Shown: piece after piece, positions 47,775 through 61,921 of the stretch
How positions within the stretch are numbered: the first letter of the stretch is position 1
Layout of the letters: the number at the start of each line of letters is the position of its first letter
Origin: Eledone cirrhosa
Lineage: Eukaryota
DNA length: 64,000 nt
Assembly: GCA_964016885.1 (NCBI GenBank)
Contig: OZ024754.1
Span: 35,526,001-35,590,000, forward strand
Direction of reading: 5' to 3'
Notes under the pieces: model-generated
Database searches by the model: none
What the model was told of the DNA's origin: nothing
What the model saw: only the letters and a program-made list of their open reading frames with translations
Translations under genes and position numbers: made by a program

Positions 47775-49268
47775 GTTCTGCGAAAACTGAGACACTCGTC
47801 CTCACAGGCAGTGCACTCTACATGTGAATGGAGTTCAAGTATCTCGGGGCCGTGTTCACAAGTGATGGAAGGCAGGAGGCTGACTTAAGTGCAAGCTTTG
47901 CAGGAGTTGGTGCAGTAATGCGCCAGCTTCAGTATTCAGTAACCAGGAGGGAGGTGTAAAAGCCAACTCGCTACTTTCAATTCGGTATTCGTGCCAACCC
48001 TTACCTAAGGTCATGAATCTCGGATAATGACCGAAAGAATTCGATCACAAATACAAGCAGCCGAAATGGGGTTCCTTCAAGGGGTCTTTGGAGTAACGTT
48101 ATTCGATAGAGTGCGTAGCTTAGAGATCAGAGAGTCATTCCAGGTAGAGCTGCTACTTCTCCGAATTGAGAGACCACAGCTCCGATACTATGGGCATGTG
48201 GTTAGAATGTCTCAGGAAAGAATCACTGGTCATATATGTAGCTCAGAGATCAGAGAGCTACTCCAGGTAGAGCTGCTACTTCTCTGAATTGAGGGATCAC
48301 AGCTCCGATACTATGGGCATGTGGTTAGAATGTCTCAGGAAAGAATCACTGGTCATATATGTAGCTCAGAGATCAGAGAGCTACTCCAGGTAGAGCCTCT
48401 ACTTCTCTGAATTGAGGGATCACAGCTCCGATACTATGGGCATGTGGTTAGAATGTCTCAGGAAAGAATCACTGGTCATATCTGTAGCTCAGAGATCAGA
48501 GAGTCACTCTACGTAGAGCCTCTACTTCTCTGAATTGAGAGATCACAGCTCCGATACTATGGGCATGTGGTTAGAATGTCTCAGGAAAGAATCACTGGTC
48601 ATATCTGTAGCTCAGAGATCAGAGAGCTACTCCAGGTAGAGCCTCTACTTCTCTGAATTGAGGGATCACAGCTCCGATACTATGGGCATGTGGTTAGAAT
48701 GTCTCAGGAAAGAATCACTGGTCATATCTGTAGCTCAGAGATCAGAGAGCTACTCCAGGTAGAGCTGCTACTTCTCTGAATTGAGGGATCACAGCTCCGA
48801 CACTATGGGCATGTGGTTAGAATGTCTCAGGAAAGAATCACTGGTCATATCTGTAGCTCAGAGATCAGAGAGCTACTCCAGGTAGAGCTGCTACTTCTCT
48901 GAATCGAGGGATCACAGCTCCGATACTATGGGCATTTGGTTAGAATGTCTCAGGAAAGAATCACTGGTCATATCTGTAGCTCAGAGATCAGAGAGCTACT
49001 CCAGGTAGAGCCTCTACTTCTCTGAATTGAGGGATCACAGCTCCGATACTATGGACATGTGGTTAGAATGTCTCAGGAAAGAATCGCTGGACAGAATTTA
49101 CGGGCAAATCCAACCGACAAGAGAACCAAAGGTAGACCGTGAGCAAAATCCATGAGCTTGGCTGGTCATGCTTGGGGATCCAGCCAAATCAGTTGAAGGT
49201 GGTTGCTTCTGACAGGACCTGCTGGAAGAAGTGTTTGAGGACTGAGCCCCGCTCCACGATTCTCTCAG

Positions 49269-49270
<2 letters not shown>
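47775..49270 (+). mobile_element. RTE-type LINE remnant containing an internal 123-bp tandem array of 8 units (48115-49098)
   Basis: Same family as 31.1 kb; GTAGCT recurs every 123 bp from 48115 to 48976. Confidence 0.9.
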
Positions 49271-49314
<44 letters not shown>

Positions 49315-49761
49315 TTCTTTATTGGCCACAAGGGCTGACATCAAGAAAAACATTACAGACGGCACATGACGGTACAGGACGGCATAGGATGGTACGATGT
49401 GGGTTTTGTGCGTGTAAATATTTTTATTATTTATATAAGAAAAGAAAAAAAAAGGACATAGAAACATATATATATATATAAACAATAAAAATGAAAATTG
49501 AAACAATGAAAAATTCCCCAATAGGGGGGGGGGAACCTCCGAGGGTTACACGTGGCGAAAACCACACAAAAGACCACGGCCACCCTGACCACCAGGGCAA
49601 GCGCCCTCTCTCAATTTTTCCATTTCTCAAACTACAGACGTATATTCAGAGTGGTCCCTTTCACTCGGACCATTCTCGCTACATTCACCCACCTTCCAAC
49701 AAACTTGCTAGAGGGCAGCACTTGCTTCTCCACCCTGATTTTCCTCTTCAAGTGAAACTTA

Positions 49762-49797
<36 letters not shown>

Positions 49798-49907
49798 TAT
49801 TATTATTTCTACTTTTGGCACAAGGCCAGCAATTACACAATGCATTACTGGTACTTTATTCTATCGACCCCGGAAGGATGAAAGGCAAAGTTAACCTCGG
49901 CGGGATT

Positions 49908-49944
<37 letters not shown>

Positions 49945-49948
49945 TAAC

Positions 49949-49989
<41 letters not shown>

Positions 49990-50387
49990 GAAGAAGAAGA
50001 AAACGGCATCCGTCAACACGAAACTATGGTGATGACATTTACCACGTGGTTGCGAATCTGACTTCTTAACCACACAACCATGTCTATTGTTCTGCATAAA
50101 GGTCGATTTTGCGAGTGCAAGGTGCCAATCACCGTAACCAAGCCCTTGGTGCAGATGAATCTGATATTTAAGAAAGTCGACAACAAAAGGATATGTAGAA
50201 GAATGGACACTAACATAAATCCCATATAAAAATGGAAAAAAAAGAGAAGAGGAATATATTTAATGATATTTTTTCAAATGTTTTAGAAATATCAACGGTC
50301 GAACGAACAGCTTGGCACCATTTCTTCCACTGTGGGATAGTTGTTACGTGGTGGAGTGGGACTTCCACTAAAGTTCACTCATTGCAT

Positions 50388-51235
<848 letters not shown>

Positions 51236-51807
51236 TATGGATACTAAATATTTATGCTAAGTATTAGTACCAAACTCAATACACACTATCGATTTTCGTG
51301 AACTTTAGTAATTAGAGGTATCGTATCCTCAACAGGTAATCAGGAGTAATCTCCCCTGCAAATTATGTCATTATGGTTCAAAAGAGTTCCAACTGTAAGA
51401 TTATCATTTTTCTCGATTATTAACTTCATTATTGGAAGACCAAATTAACTGATCATGTTACAAGACGGTTACCTGACAGAAGATACGAGAAATGGCGAAA
51501 GGAAAGGACCAAATCATTGATAATACCCATTCTCAAGAAAGGCTTTTAAAAACTCCAGAATTACAGAACTATCAGTATAGTTAGCATCCGTAGTAAAGTA
51601 CGGTTAAGTGTTCTTCTAAACCAGGCATGGGTAAACACTTTTGAGCAGTGAGCACCATAGGATGTGACTTGTCAGAAGGCAGGCCTCATTACTAACAAAA
51701 ATACAAGGCCATTTTGAAATTAGGCGTACTATTCAGAAAGCCAAACTGGGCGCTGATAATGTAACATTCGGGGATCGTCTGCTATCGTTATAACTATATG
51801 ATAAATA

Positions 51808-52025
51808 TAATGATTTCTAGTATAGGCACAAGGTCAGTAATTTGAGGGGAGGGGAAAGTCGATTAAATCGATCCCCAGTACGTTACTGGTGCTTTATTTT
51901 ATCGACCCCGTAAGGATGAAAGGCAAAGTTAACCTCGCTGGGATTTGAATTCAGGCCGTAAAGGGGCGTAACTCTATGCTACAAATCATGGCGTCCGACC
52001 CTCTACCGATACTGCCAATCCACCA
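51808..52025 (-). mobile_element. SINE A
   Basis: Full length, with A and B boxes. Confidence 0.9.
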
Positions 52026-53418
52026 TAATTATAAAAGCAAATTGTGATATGCACATTAAGCTTAAATCAACAAATATCACACTTTACATCGGACGTTAAG
52101 CTCTGGTTTGAGTCATTTAATGAAAATCGCCATTTTAATTCTGTAGGTTGCCAACATTTCTGTCTCTAGTCTCGTTCTTGTCAGTAACCTTTCAGCTTAG
52201 GCATTTATCCAAGTGTTTCGTAAACTTATGTGCCGTTCGTATATAGCTCCACGTTGGGGTTGATGTGAAGATGTATGGATCAGTGGTTAAACTTATGTGC
52301 CGTTCGTATATAGCTCCACGTTGGGGTAATGTATGGATCAGTGATTAAGGTGTTCAGCCAACGATCGTAACGTCATGAATTCGATTTCCGGGGGACGTGC
52401 TTTGCTCTTGAGCAAGACACTTTCATTCACAGATACGTGCAGTGTGTGACAAGACTGGCTATTTGAATTACAGTTACAATTTATTTATTTGTGCCAGATG
52501 AGTGGATTGAAGCAACGTGAAAGAAAGTGCTTTGCTCAAGAAAATAATGTGCCGGCAGGAATCAAACTACAATCATGAACCAAACACCCTTTACCACTAA
52601 GCTATACGCCTTCTAGTTCAAGCACTAGGTTCTGTTAAATTTATGAAACACTTCTCTAAATACCTGGTATTATGCCTATATTAGACACGGTTTAGAGGTA
52701 AAGCAATTTAGCTGAAAAAAAAGAAAGCTCCAGAACAAAATAATTTACTATATTCATTTTCCCCTCACTCTTTTCTCCCCCTCTCATTCACCGCTCTCTC
52801 TCCCTCTCTTTACTGACTTAATTCCTATTACAATGATTTAGTGTATTCCATCATTCTGTGTTCAATAGAATAAGTAATACGTATTATACTGGGTCGGTGG
52901 GTGGGGAGTCTCACCTCATTTATGAAGTCCACTACTCGCCTGCAGAAATTGGCCTTGTGCCTCGTCAAATTCTATCAATATTGATCGTCATTAAACATTA
53001 ACGACATGGCAAATAATAATAATAAATAAAAAGCCAACTGAGCAGACGATCAAAGAATTAAAAAAATAGAAAATTAAAAAAAATGTAGAAAAAAGGGGGC
53101 AAAATATCGAAGAAATTTAATAAAATGGATGGAAAAAAAGTGGCGAGTGGCGAGTTATTGGGGAATGGTAATTGTGTGAAGAATCGACCCATTGCCACCT
53201 TTTATCTATATGTAGAGTTATATGGAGAATGGTGCACAATGGATGTGTTAAAACTAAGACATCGCTATCGTCTGTTTATTCCTAATCGAGTTTCCTGATA
53301 ACATCGCCGTTTATTTGTGTGTGCATGCTTGGACACACACACGGACACACACATCTATCTATATGTATATATATATATATAATATAAGATCAAAAGATGG
53401 TTAAAGGAGTTCCATGTA

Positions 53419-53485
53419 TTTTATTATGCGCATTTCAAAAACAAACATCATCATGCAATAATATTTGTGTTTTCATCAGATAAAA
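53419..53485 (-). ncRNA. Mirror copy of the same hammerhead on the minus strand
   Basis: Exact reverse complement within the palindrome. Confidence 0.85.
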
Positions 53486-53607
53486 CAGGAGAACATGATA
53501 TGAAGGCTAAAAAACACTTGTGGATAGTGCAGTTTTAAATCAACATATGTTGATTTAAAACTGCACTATCCACAAGTGTTTTTTAGCCTTCATATCATGT
53601 TCTCCTG

Positions 53608-53674
53608 TTTTATCTGATGAAAACACAAATATTATTGCATGATGATGTTTGTTTTTGAAATGCGCATAATAAAA
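53608..53674 (+). ncRNA. Minimal type I hammerhead ribozyme
   Basis: TTTTAT-CTGATGA-AAAcACAAA...TTTGTtTTT-GAAA-TGCGCA-TA-ATAAAA. Confidence 0.85.
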
Positions 53675-54071
53675 TACATGGAACTCCTTTAACCATCTTT
53701 TGATCTTATATTATGCATACTCCAGTCCTACAAACTGTAGAGTGCTTCTTATCCGATATCTGCATTGCTTTATTGTACTACAATAAAACTCACCTCCTAC
53801 ATATATATATATATATATACATCTCACTTCTCTCTCTCTCTCTCACTCTCTCTCTCTACCAAACCTGCTCTTCTTTTTGCTTTTGCTTTTACCTTTTCTC
53901 CCCTCTCTCTCCTTCTCTCTCTCTCAGTTTCTCTTTCTCTATCTATCGTTCTACCTCATGGTATAATCCCTTCCATTTAACTTGTCCATTTTTCTTTATA
54001 TCTAACTAACCATCCACTTATCTCTCTGTATTACCAACTTTCTTTCTTTCTTTTCTCTCTCTCTCTCTCTC

Positions 54072-54122
<51 letters not shown>

Positions 54123-54248
54123 CTCTATCTCTCTATCTATCAACCTCTCTCTCTCTGTATGTGCCTCTCCTTCTCTCTCTCTCTTTGTACGTATGTGTGT
54201 GTATATATATATATATATATATGATATATATATATATATATATATATA

Positions 54249-54284
<36 letters not shown>

Positions 54285-54312
54285 TATATATATATCATAT
54301 ATATATATATAT

Positions 54313-54351
<39 letters not shown>

Positions 54352-54420
54352 CATCCAAATGTAATCCATCATCGCTGATATGGTGGCTATAATACAAATA
54401 CGCAAACACACACACCCACG

Positions 54421-54536
<116 letters not shown>

Positions 54537-54974
54537 TACATACACACACAAACCAATAAATACACACATACACCCAATCACATATTTTGCTATATCTATT
54601 TCTGTGAAGTGCACATCGCTGAGTCTTTGGTCAGTACCAATAATAAATCAAAAGAAGTTAATAGCGACAAAGTCACTCCACCTTGCTGTATTTCTGGGTA
54701 AAGGGATGCTGCAGACCTGTAAACTCTCCCCGTCTGACGGGTAGATCACCCACCCACTTTGGGGTGGGTGAGAGATGTCTTCTCTTGTGAAAATGGGTAT
54801 AGCTTTCATTATGTAAAATTTCCCTATTTTGCCTCATTTCTCCCCGTTTTGGGGGCACTTTTTTTCATGGTACTCCCCGTTTGTGTTTTTAGAGGTTGGG
54901 AGGTCTGCTACTCACTGATACAAATACGGTCGCTGAGCCGCTTGCCAGTCATAAGTCTCATGATGTGGTTCTGG

Positions 54975-55412
54975 AATGCTCAACATTACCAAACTTAGAC
55001 CAATTACATCAATTGTCAAGTCAAGAGTACTCAAACTAAACGGCCATATAAAAAGATCAACTCGTGGTGTCAGTAGGTTATGCCTGGAAGGAAGGTTGCC
55101 TGGTAAGAGAAGCAGAGGCCGTCAGCCAGAACGATGGCTTGATAATGTCAACCTATGGACTGGACTTGATCTTTGCTCCTTAAACTCCGCTGTTGGTGAT
55201 CGAAAGGTATATATTCCTGGAAGGGAGGTTGGCTGGTGAGAGAAGCAGAGGTCGGCAGCCAAAACGATGGCTTGATAATGTCAACTAATGGACTGGACTT
55301 GATCTTTGCCCTTTGAACTCTGCTGCTGGTGATCGAACTTTGTGGACAGAGAGATATCACATGTTAATGCGCAGTCTGCAACTGGCGGAGTTTAGCGTCA
55401 CAAGAAGAAGAG
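54975..55412 (+). mobile_element. RTE-type LINE 3' end (different family), partly duplicated, with (AAG)n tail
   Basis: KSRVLKLNGHIKR...LEGRLPGKRSRGRQPERWLDNV. Confidence 0.75.
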
Positions 55413-56084
55413 GTCTGCTGCTGTGGGTACTCAATCATGGCCCATCTTACAATCCAATAGAACCGATAACGAGAGAATCGGAAGAGGGGAAGATGGTGGA
55501 CGTAAGATCTTAGTCCTTAGAACGGTGTTTCTCAACCGTTTTACCCTTGTGGAGCCCTTGAAATAGCTTTCATGTCTTAGGGAATCCCAGCATAAAAATT
55601 ATCATATACCAATATTAATATCTAAATGTATTAGTTTATTTATCATTGCTTTTGCAGAACCCCTAGCGACCTCATGCGGGATATATACGCGGAAAACAAT
55701 TATGATAATAATAGTTTCAGGTTCAGTTCAGAAAATTAACGATAGGAATTAAAAGGAAATATTTTATAGAAAATTTCAGACGAAAACTATGTGCTTGGAA
55801 TTAAAATAGTATTTTTGTTTGGAAGTGGCTAATGATAACCGAATTAAAAACTTTATTATTTCTTGGTAGGGGTGTGGTAGGGGTGGGGGTGGGGTAGCAG
55901 ATATTGTGCTGGCTAACGACCAATACTTATTTTTAAATATGCTGAAAGTACAATCAAGACGTGACCATCCAACCTATCTAGTCTCAGAACTTTTAATGAC
56001 TCTTCCAACACAAACCTAACGTGGAAGTTGGATATAATCTTTATGTTGAAGATGCCTCTGACTTTGACTATTTCTATCTTATTC

Positions 56085-56888
56085 TAATAATTGTTTCTAC
56101 TTTAGGCACAAGGCCAGCAATTACCCAGTGCATTACTGGTACTTTATTTTATCGACCCCGTAAGGATGAAAGGCAAAGTCAACCTCGGCGGGATTTGAAC
56201 TCAGATCGAAAAGGGACGTAACTATGCTGGAAAGCATGGCGTCCGACCCTATACTTACTATGGCGGTATCGGTAGAGCGTCGGACGCCCTGCTTTTCAGG
56301 ATAGAGTTACGGTCCTTTATGTTCTGAGTTCAAATCCCGCCGAGGTTAACTTTGCCTTTCATCCTTACGGAGTCAATAAAATAAACTACCAGTAATGCAC
56401 TGGGGTCGATTTAATCGACTTTCCCCTCCCCAAAATTGCTGGCCTTGTACTTATATAAGAAACCATTATTTGTTTTAGTGCGGGTGATTTGCAGTATCGG
56501 TAGAGCGTCGGGCACCGTGCTTCGTAGCACAGAGTTATGACCCTTTACGTACTGATTTCAAATCCCACCGAGGTTAGCTTTGCCTTTCATCCTTACGTAG
56601 TCAATAAAATAAAGTACCAGTCACACATTGGGGTTGATTTAATCGACTTTCCCTCCCCTTCAAATTGCTGACCTGTACCTAAATCAGAAACAATTATTAT
56701 CATCGACTTGGCAGCATTAGTAGAGCATTGGACATGTTTTGTGGCATAGAGTTACGTCCCTTTGAGTTCTCATTTCAAACCCCACTGAGGTTAGCTTTGC
56801 CTTTTATCCTTAAATATCGATAAAAATAAAGTATCAGTAATGCACTGGGGTAATCGCTGGCCTTCTGCCTAAAGCAGAAATCTATATT
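56085..56888. mobile_element. Cluster of four SINE A copies (one minus, then three plus of increasing divergence)
   Basis: Central domain present in each copy. Confidence 0.9.
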
Positions 56889-57654
56889 TCACACGAAACA
56901 TTACAATCGTAATCAATGTCAATTAAATTCAGTTTAAGACAGGTTCGATAAAATATAACAAAATTCAAAGACATAAAAGCATAATATTATATACACACAT
57001 TATATAGATATATATGTGTATATATATATTATATATGTATGTATATATATATATGTGTGTGTATGTATATATATATATATATATGTATCTTTATATATAT
57101 ATATATATTATAATGTGTGTATGTATGTTTGTATTTATGTATGCAAAAAGTAGACAGAAATAATAAAGCAAACGACACAGTAATATATATATATATATAT
57201 AAACACACACATAAACACTCTTGACAAATTTTGGTAAATTTTCAAGAATAGTGTTTAGGCATACACACACAGCACATAGACTTACACACACGCACACACA
57301 CACGCACACACAGACACACACACATAAACACACATCACATAGACTTACACACGCACGTACGCACACACACACACACTCAAAATTGTAGACTCATGTTCAC
57401 GTAATCTTACGCACGTATAACTATATGCATAATTAAATAATTAAATAAATAATTAAATAAATAATTAAATAAATAAATATATAATATTAAAATGATGATT
57501 TATGATTAGCAGAGTTTCTTATCAAATAATTCTTTTTTAAATTTCTCTTCAAAATTATCGATTTTACTGTGTATTACAAGGTTCACATGAGGTAACTACC
57601 TCAAATTCAACGTTTTATCCAATGTTTCAATATTGTACGTTTCTATGTCTAGAT

Positions 57655-58119
57655 CATTGGTTCCCAACCAGGGGGCCATGGCCCACCAGTGGGCCATAGC
57701 TAGTTACTGGGGGAGCCACGGGAATTAACTAAAAATCACAAAATTTCATACATAAAAAAGAAGAGTAGTTTCCTAACATAATTTTTTTCTTTTTCTTGCT
57801 TCAAATTTTTATATTCAACTTTTTATCAACTTTCTACCTTTTCTAATTATGGTTTCACTTCACTTGATAATTATATAAATCTGGATATAACAATTTATGT
57901 TTTAGTAAATAAACTTAGTAAAGAAACTTATTTTTATAACAGGATATATATTATTTATTTTAGTAAATTTTAGTAAAGTTTATAATAAATTTAAAATGAT
58001 TTGATTGAAATAAAAAGACATGGCGAAATTATTTCTACATAAAGAAAGTGTGGGGGGGGGGGATACTGTTTTGCTATATCATTAAGGTGGAATTTATTAT
58101 AAAAGGTTGGGAACCGCTG
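57655..58119. mobile_element. hAT-type MITE
   Basis: TIRs CATTGGTTCCCAACC and GGTTGGGAACCGCTG; perfect 8-bp TSD GTCTAGAT. Confidence 0.9.
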
Positions 58120-58282
58120 GTCTAGATTGTGTAAGCATGTGGCTTGGTAGAAGAAACAACAACAAAACCAACACATCACGGGAAAAGTTGGTAGAGGCGG
58201 CAGGCAGAATCACTGGTGGACAACGCAGAAGTGACATTACAGGTGAAATGTGTCCAAACACGGAAGAGCCGAACTTCCACCG

Positions 58283-58726
58283 TCACCGTCCCCATCTCTC
58301 TCGCCTTTCCCATCTCGCTGTATTATGAGCAAATGGGGTCCCACGTGCCGGCCGCCCCACAGCCCCGGCGGACAGAATGGAGAAGGCGTTTCCTCGGAGG
58401 ATGGTAAGAAAGATGCGCTGGAAGAGCCATTCCATCTCGCGAGGCTCACACCTGCGGCTGGCCAGCTCATCGCCTATGGTGGTGAGTAGGGAGGTAGCCC
58501 TAGGGCCAAGGACACCAGAAGTCTCCACTGCCAAAGGCAAGACCACGAACCTGTCGGAGAGCGACCGGTACTTGGAGAGTTTGCCCTCCTCAGCCCGAAG
58601 TGCAGCAGAACCTGGGTTAGTCGTCGCAGACTGCACCAGGATGCGGCTGGAGAAAGTGTCGCTGCAAGTGGCATCCGAGACGAGGAGTTTTCCACCGCGG
58701 AACGGGAAGATGGTCACACCGTTTGG
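58283..58726 (-). pseudogene. CRE-type non-LTR retrotransposon restriction-like endonuclease C-terminal remnant
   Basis: PNGVTIFPFRGGKLLVSDATCSDT...AEEGKLSKY...PLAVETSGVLG...QRIFLTILRGNA matches the RPDG..WD.T..K..KY..P.A.ET.G..QRGNA pattern; GC-rich. Confidence 0.8.
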
Positions 58727-59217
58727 CTTGGTGATCAGGGTGTTTACTTTCGATGGCAGGGGTCATGTGTGTGATTCCCGTCAGCGGCGGAGCGTTGTGT
58801 CCTTGAGCAAGACACTTCATTCCACGGCCTGTAAATGAAAGTAGCATCCTTTGTCATACACAATGTTTCATGCTAAATCTCCCTAAGAATTACGTTAATA
58901 ATACACTATTTGGCTTGTGTCAGACCCTGTGACACCGGATGAACCGGCAGTACCCTTGATAGGGGTCGAAGCTACCAGTCCATTTCAACGGCCGATACCA
59001 ACCCCAAATATTACTGAAAGACGCAAAACTCGTTAAACTTTATATTTCATGGTATGGCCCCTAAATATTGCCGAGACACATATAAAGAACCTTTAAACTA
59101 TAATTCAGGATATGAAACCTAAATATTACTTAACCACTTGATCCTTAAACTTTATAATAAAAAGTAAATACCAATATATGTCTCCATTTTCCCTCCTTTA
59201 TTATACCGAATTATAAG

Positions 59218-59408
59218 GACGGTCGATTGGCAGTATCGGTAGAGCGTCGGACGCCGCGCTTTGCAGCATAAAGTTACGGCCCTTTAAGATCTCAGCTCAA
59301 ATCCCACCGAGGTTAACTTTGCCTTTCATCCTTACGGGGTCGATAAAATAAAGTACCAGTAACACACTAGGATAATTGCTGGTCTTGTACCAAAAGTAGA
59401 AACAATTT
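59218..59408 (+). mobile_element. SINE A
   Basis: Full length. Confidence 0.85.
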
Positions 59409-60110
59409 AGAAGCTTTAGAATATCATAAAGAATGTCATAAAGAAGTTAAAATGTATTGACAAACCCTGGAGGAGACCGTTGTTTTGTTTTTAAAAAAAT
59501 ATTTTGGTAAACCTTTTTTGTTGTTGTTGTTACAGCTCACACCTATGCAAGTTTAGCTGGCCTCCCCCAAGGTATATCTTACTGGAGGTGTCTTGGGTGA
59601 TTTAATGATAGGGATCCCAGTTCTATCATCTCATTTCTACAGCTGAGTAAACTGGAGCAACGTGAAATAAAGTGTCTTGCTCAAAGAAACAACACACCAC
59701 CCGGTCCGAGAATTGAACTCACAACCTTTCGATTTCAAGCCCAATGCTCTAACCACTAAGCCATGCGCCTTCACTGGTAAACCTTTTGGGTTCGTATGAA
59801 GCTGAGCTGGAGACCAGAGGGTGAGAACTGCATCGTATTTGGCGATATGGACTGAAAACTAGAAACTGAGGAAAACATTCGTTAATTATTCAGTGCTCCT
59901 GCTAATTGCAGTGGTACATGTTTACAGCTAAGTTGATTGAGCCAGTAGGAGTTTAGTATGCTGAGGATGAGCGCAATGCGTCATCTGTGTCACCACGTTG
60001 ATATATAATCGATATTCACCTGATTGCTTCATGTCCTATTGACTCAGCCACCTATGGTTCTTTCCCATTTATTACATACACTATATCAGACGTTTCTACT
60101 ACAACTGCTG

Positions 60111-60142
<32 letters not shown>

Positions 60143-60326
60143 ACTACTGCTACTAATACTGTTAGTGTTACTACTGCTACTGTTATGCATATATATGTGT
60201 GTGTGTGCATGTATGTATATATGTATGTGTGTGTATGTGTATGTATATGTATATATATATATACATGTATATGCAAATATATATATGTATCTATGTATGT
60301 GTGGATGTATATATATATACGTATAA

Positions 60327-60362
<36 letters not shown>

Positions 60363-60381
60363 TTGTATTTATGAGTATATA

Positions 60382-60450
<69 letters not shown>

Positions 60451-60459
60451 TCACATATA

Positions 60460-61117
60460 TGAACAGGATTGACATGCGCAGCCATGCCGGAAGTGATATC
60501 ATGACTGGTGGGTGTAGAATCAGTTGGCTGAAATTTGCAGACGACATGATGTTAAATAATTGTTTCTACTTTAGGCACAAGGCCAGCAATTACCCAGTGT
60601 ATTATTGGTACTTTATTTTATCGACCCCGTAAGGATGAAAGGCAAAGTCAACCTCGGCGGGATTTGAACTCAGATCGTAAAGGGACGTAACTATGCTGGA
60701 AAGCATGGCGTCCGACCCTCTACCGATACTGCCAATCCACATGTTAAATAATTCGACAGAAGGTGATCTCCAGCTTGCACTCGATAGTTTTGATGTTGAG
60801 TGCTGCATGGCTGGAATGAAAAACAGTGCTGCAAAAAATGAGACACTTGTCCTCACACGGAAGCCTGCGGAGTGCACTCTATATGTAAATGGAGTTCCAC
60901 TGAAGCAAGTATCTCTGGGCCGTGTTCACTAGTGATGGAAGGCAAGCGGCTGAATTAAGTGTAAGAATTGCAGGAGCTGGTGCAGTAATGTGCCAACTTC
61001 AGCATTCAGTAATCAGAAGAAGGGAGGTAGGCGTAAAAGCCAAACTCGCTATCTTCAATTCGTTATAATTCGTTATTCGAGTCAACCCTTACCTATAGTC
61101 ATGAATCTTGGGTAATG
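60460..61117 (+). mobile_element. RTE-type LINE RT remnant interrupted by SINE A (-, 60556-60740)
   Basis: KFADDMML..STEGDLQLALDSFDVECCMAGMK; TSD ATGTTAAATAATT at 60549-60561 and 60741-60753. Confidence 0.9.
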
Positions 61118-61409
61118 TTGTTTTGTATGAAGCATTCACTCTTCATTGTCCAGCTGGCAAAATGTTGGAAGTATGGTTTTGTTATATGCCGGACGCTTAG
61201 CATCCATGTTTGGTCTTCATTTAATCTATGACCTAGATGATCCAGGCTTCAATTTTCCTAAGTTCATGTCCGAGGGATTTGACCTCAGCTGCTAACGAAC
61301 CAAAACAAATACTGTAAAGTATTTTTCCGAAGCTCTACTGATTATTCTAATTTATAACAATATAAACCTCATCCCGTTTAGTTGCATATCATTCTCGATC
61401 AGTTTAAGC

Positions 61410-61921
61410 CTGTCATGAGCAACCTGCGGCCCGCGAAGCTTTCTGACTGGCTCGCCTAAGTCACCTAAGTGAAATCTTTCTGAGTTTTTTTACCCCAACT
61501 TTTCAGTCGTAATTTATCTTTCTATCATTTTTACGATCGAGGAAAACAACGTGTACGAATTCTGAAGAAACAAATCAAAACAACCTGAGTTACAGCCATT
61601 TTTTTAAAAATGTGGACACGAATGTAAATTAGCGCTTGCGGCTCGCCTGATGATGAGTCATATCTCATGCGGCCCGCCTGATGATAAGCCATATCTCATG
61701 CGGCCCGCCTGATGATAAGCCATATCTCATGCGGACCGCCTGATGATAAGCCATATCTCATGCGGACCGCCTGATGATAAGCCATATCTCATGCGGCCCG
61801 CCTGATGATGAGTCATATCTCATGCGGCCCGCCTGATGATGAGTCATATCTCATGCGGCCCGCCTGGTAATGAGTCATATCTCATGCGGCCCGCTTCTCG
61901 AAAAAGGTTGCCCCATGCTTG
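61410..61921. mobile_element. hAT-type MITE with an internal 31-bp tandem array of about 8 units (61638-61894)
   Basis: 8-bp TSD GTTTAAGC; TIRs CTGTCATGAGCAACCT and AGGTTGCCCCATGCTTG. Confidence 0.85.

Larger units (their letters stand above)
53379..53800 (+). mobile_element. PLE-type module: perfect spacer-less 336-bp palindrome (53379-53714) plus an 86-bp tail, flanked by (TA)n
   Basis: 168-bp arms, centre CAACAT|ATGTTG, no mismatch seen. Confidence 0.85.

Noticed and set aside
61638-61894. 31-bp array containing CTGATGA plus a small hairpin, resembling a hammerhead array or CRISPR
   Set aside because: No GAAA, stem III or stem I in the units and no unique spacers; it is an hAT subterminal repeat expansion
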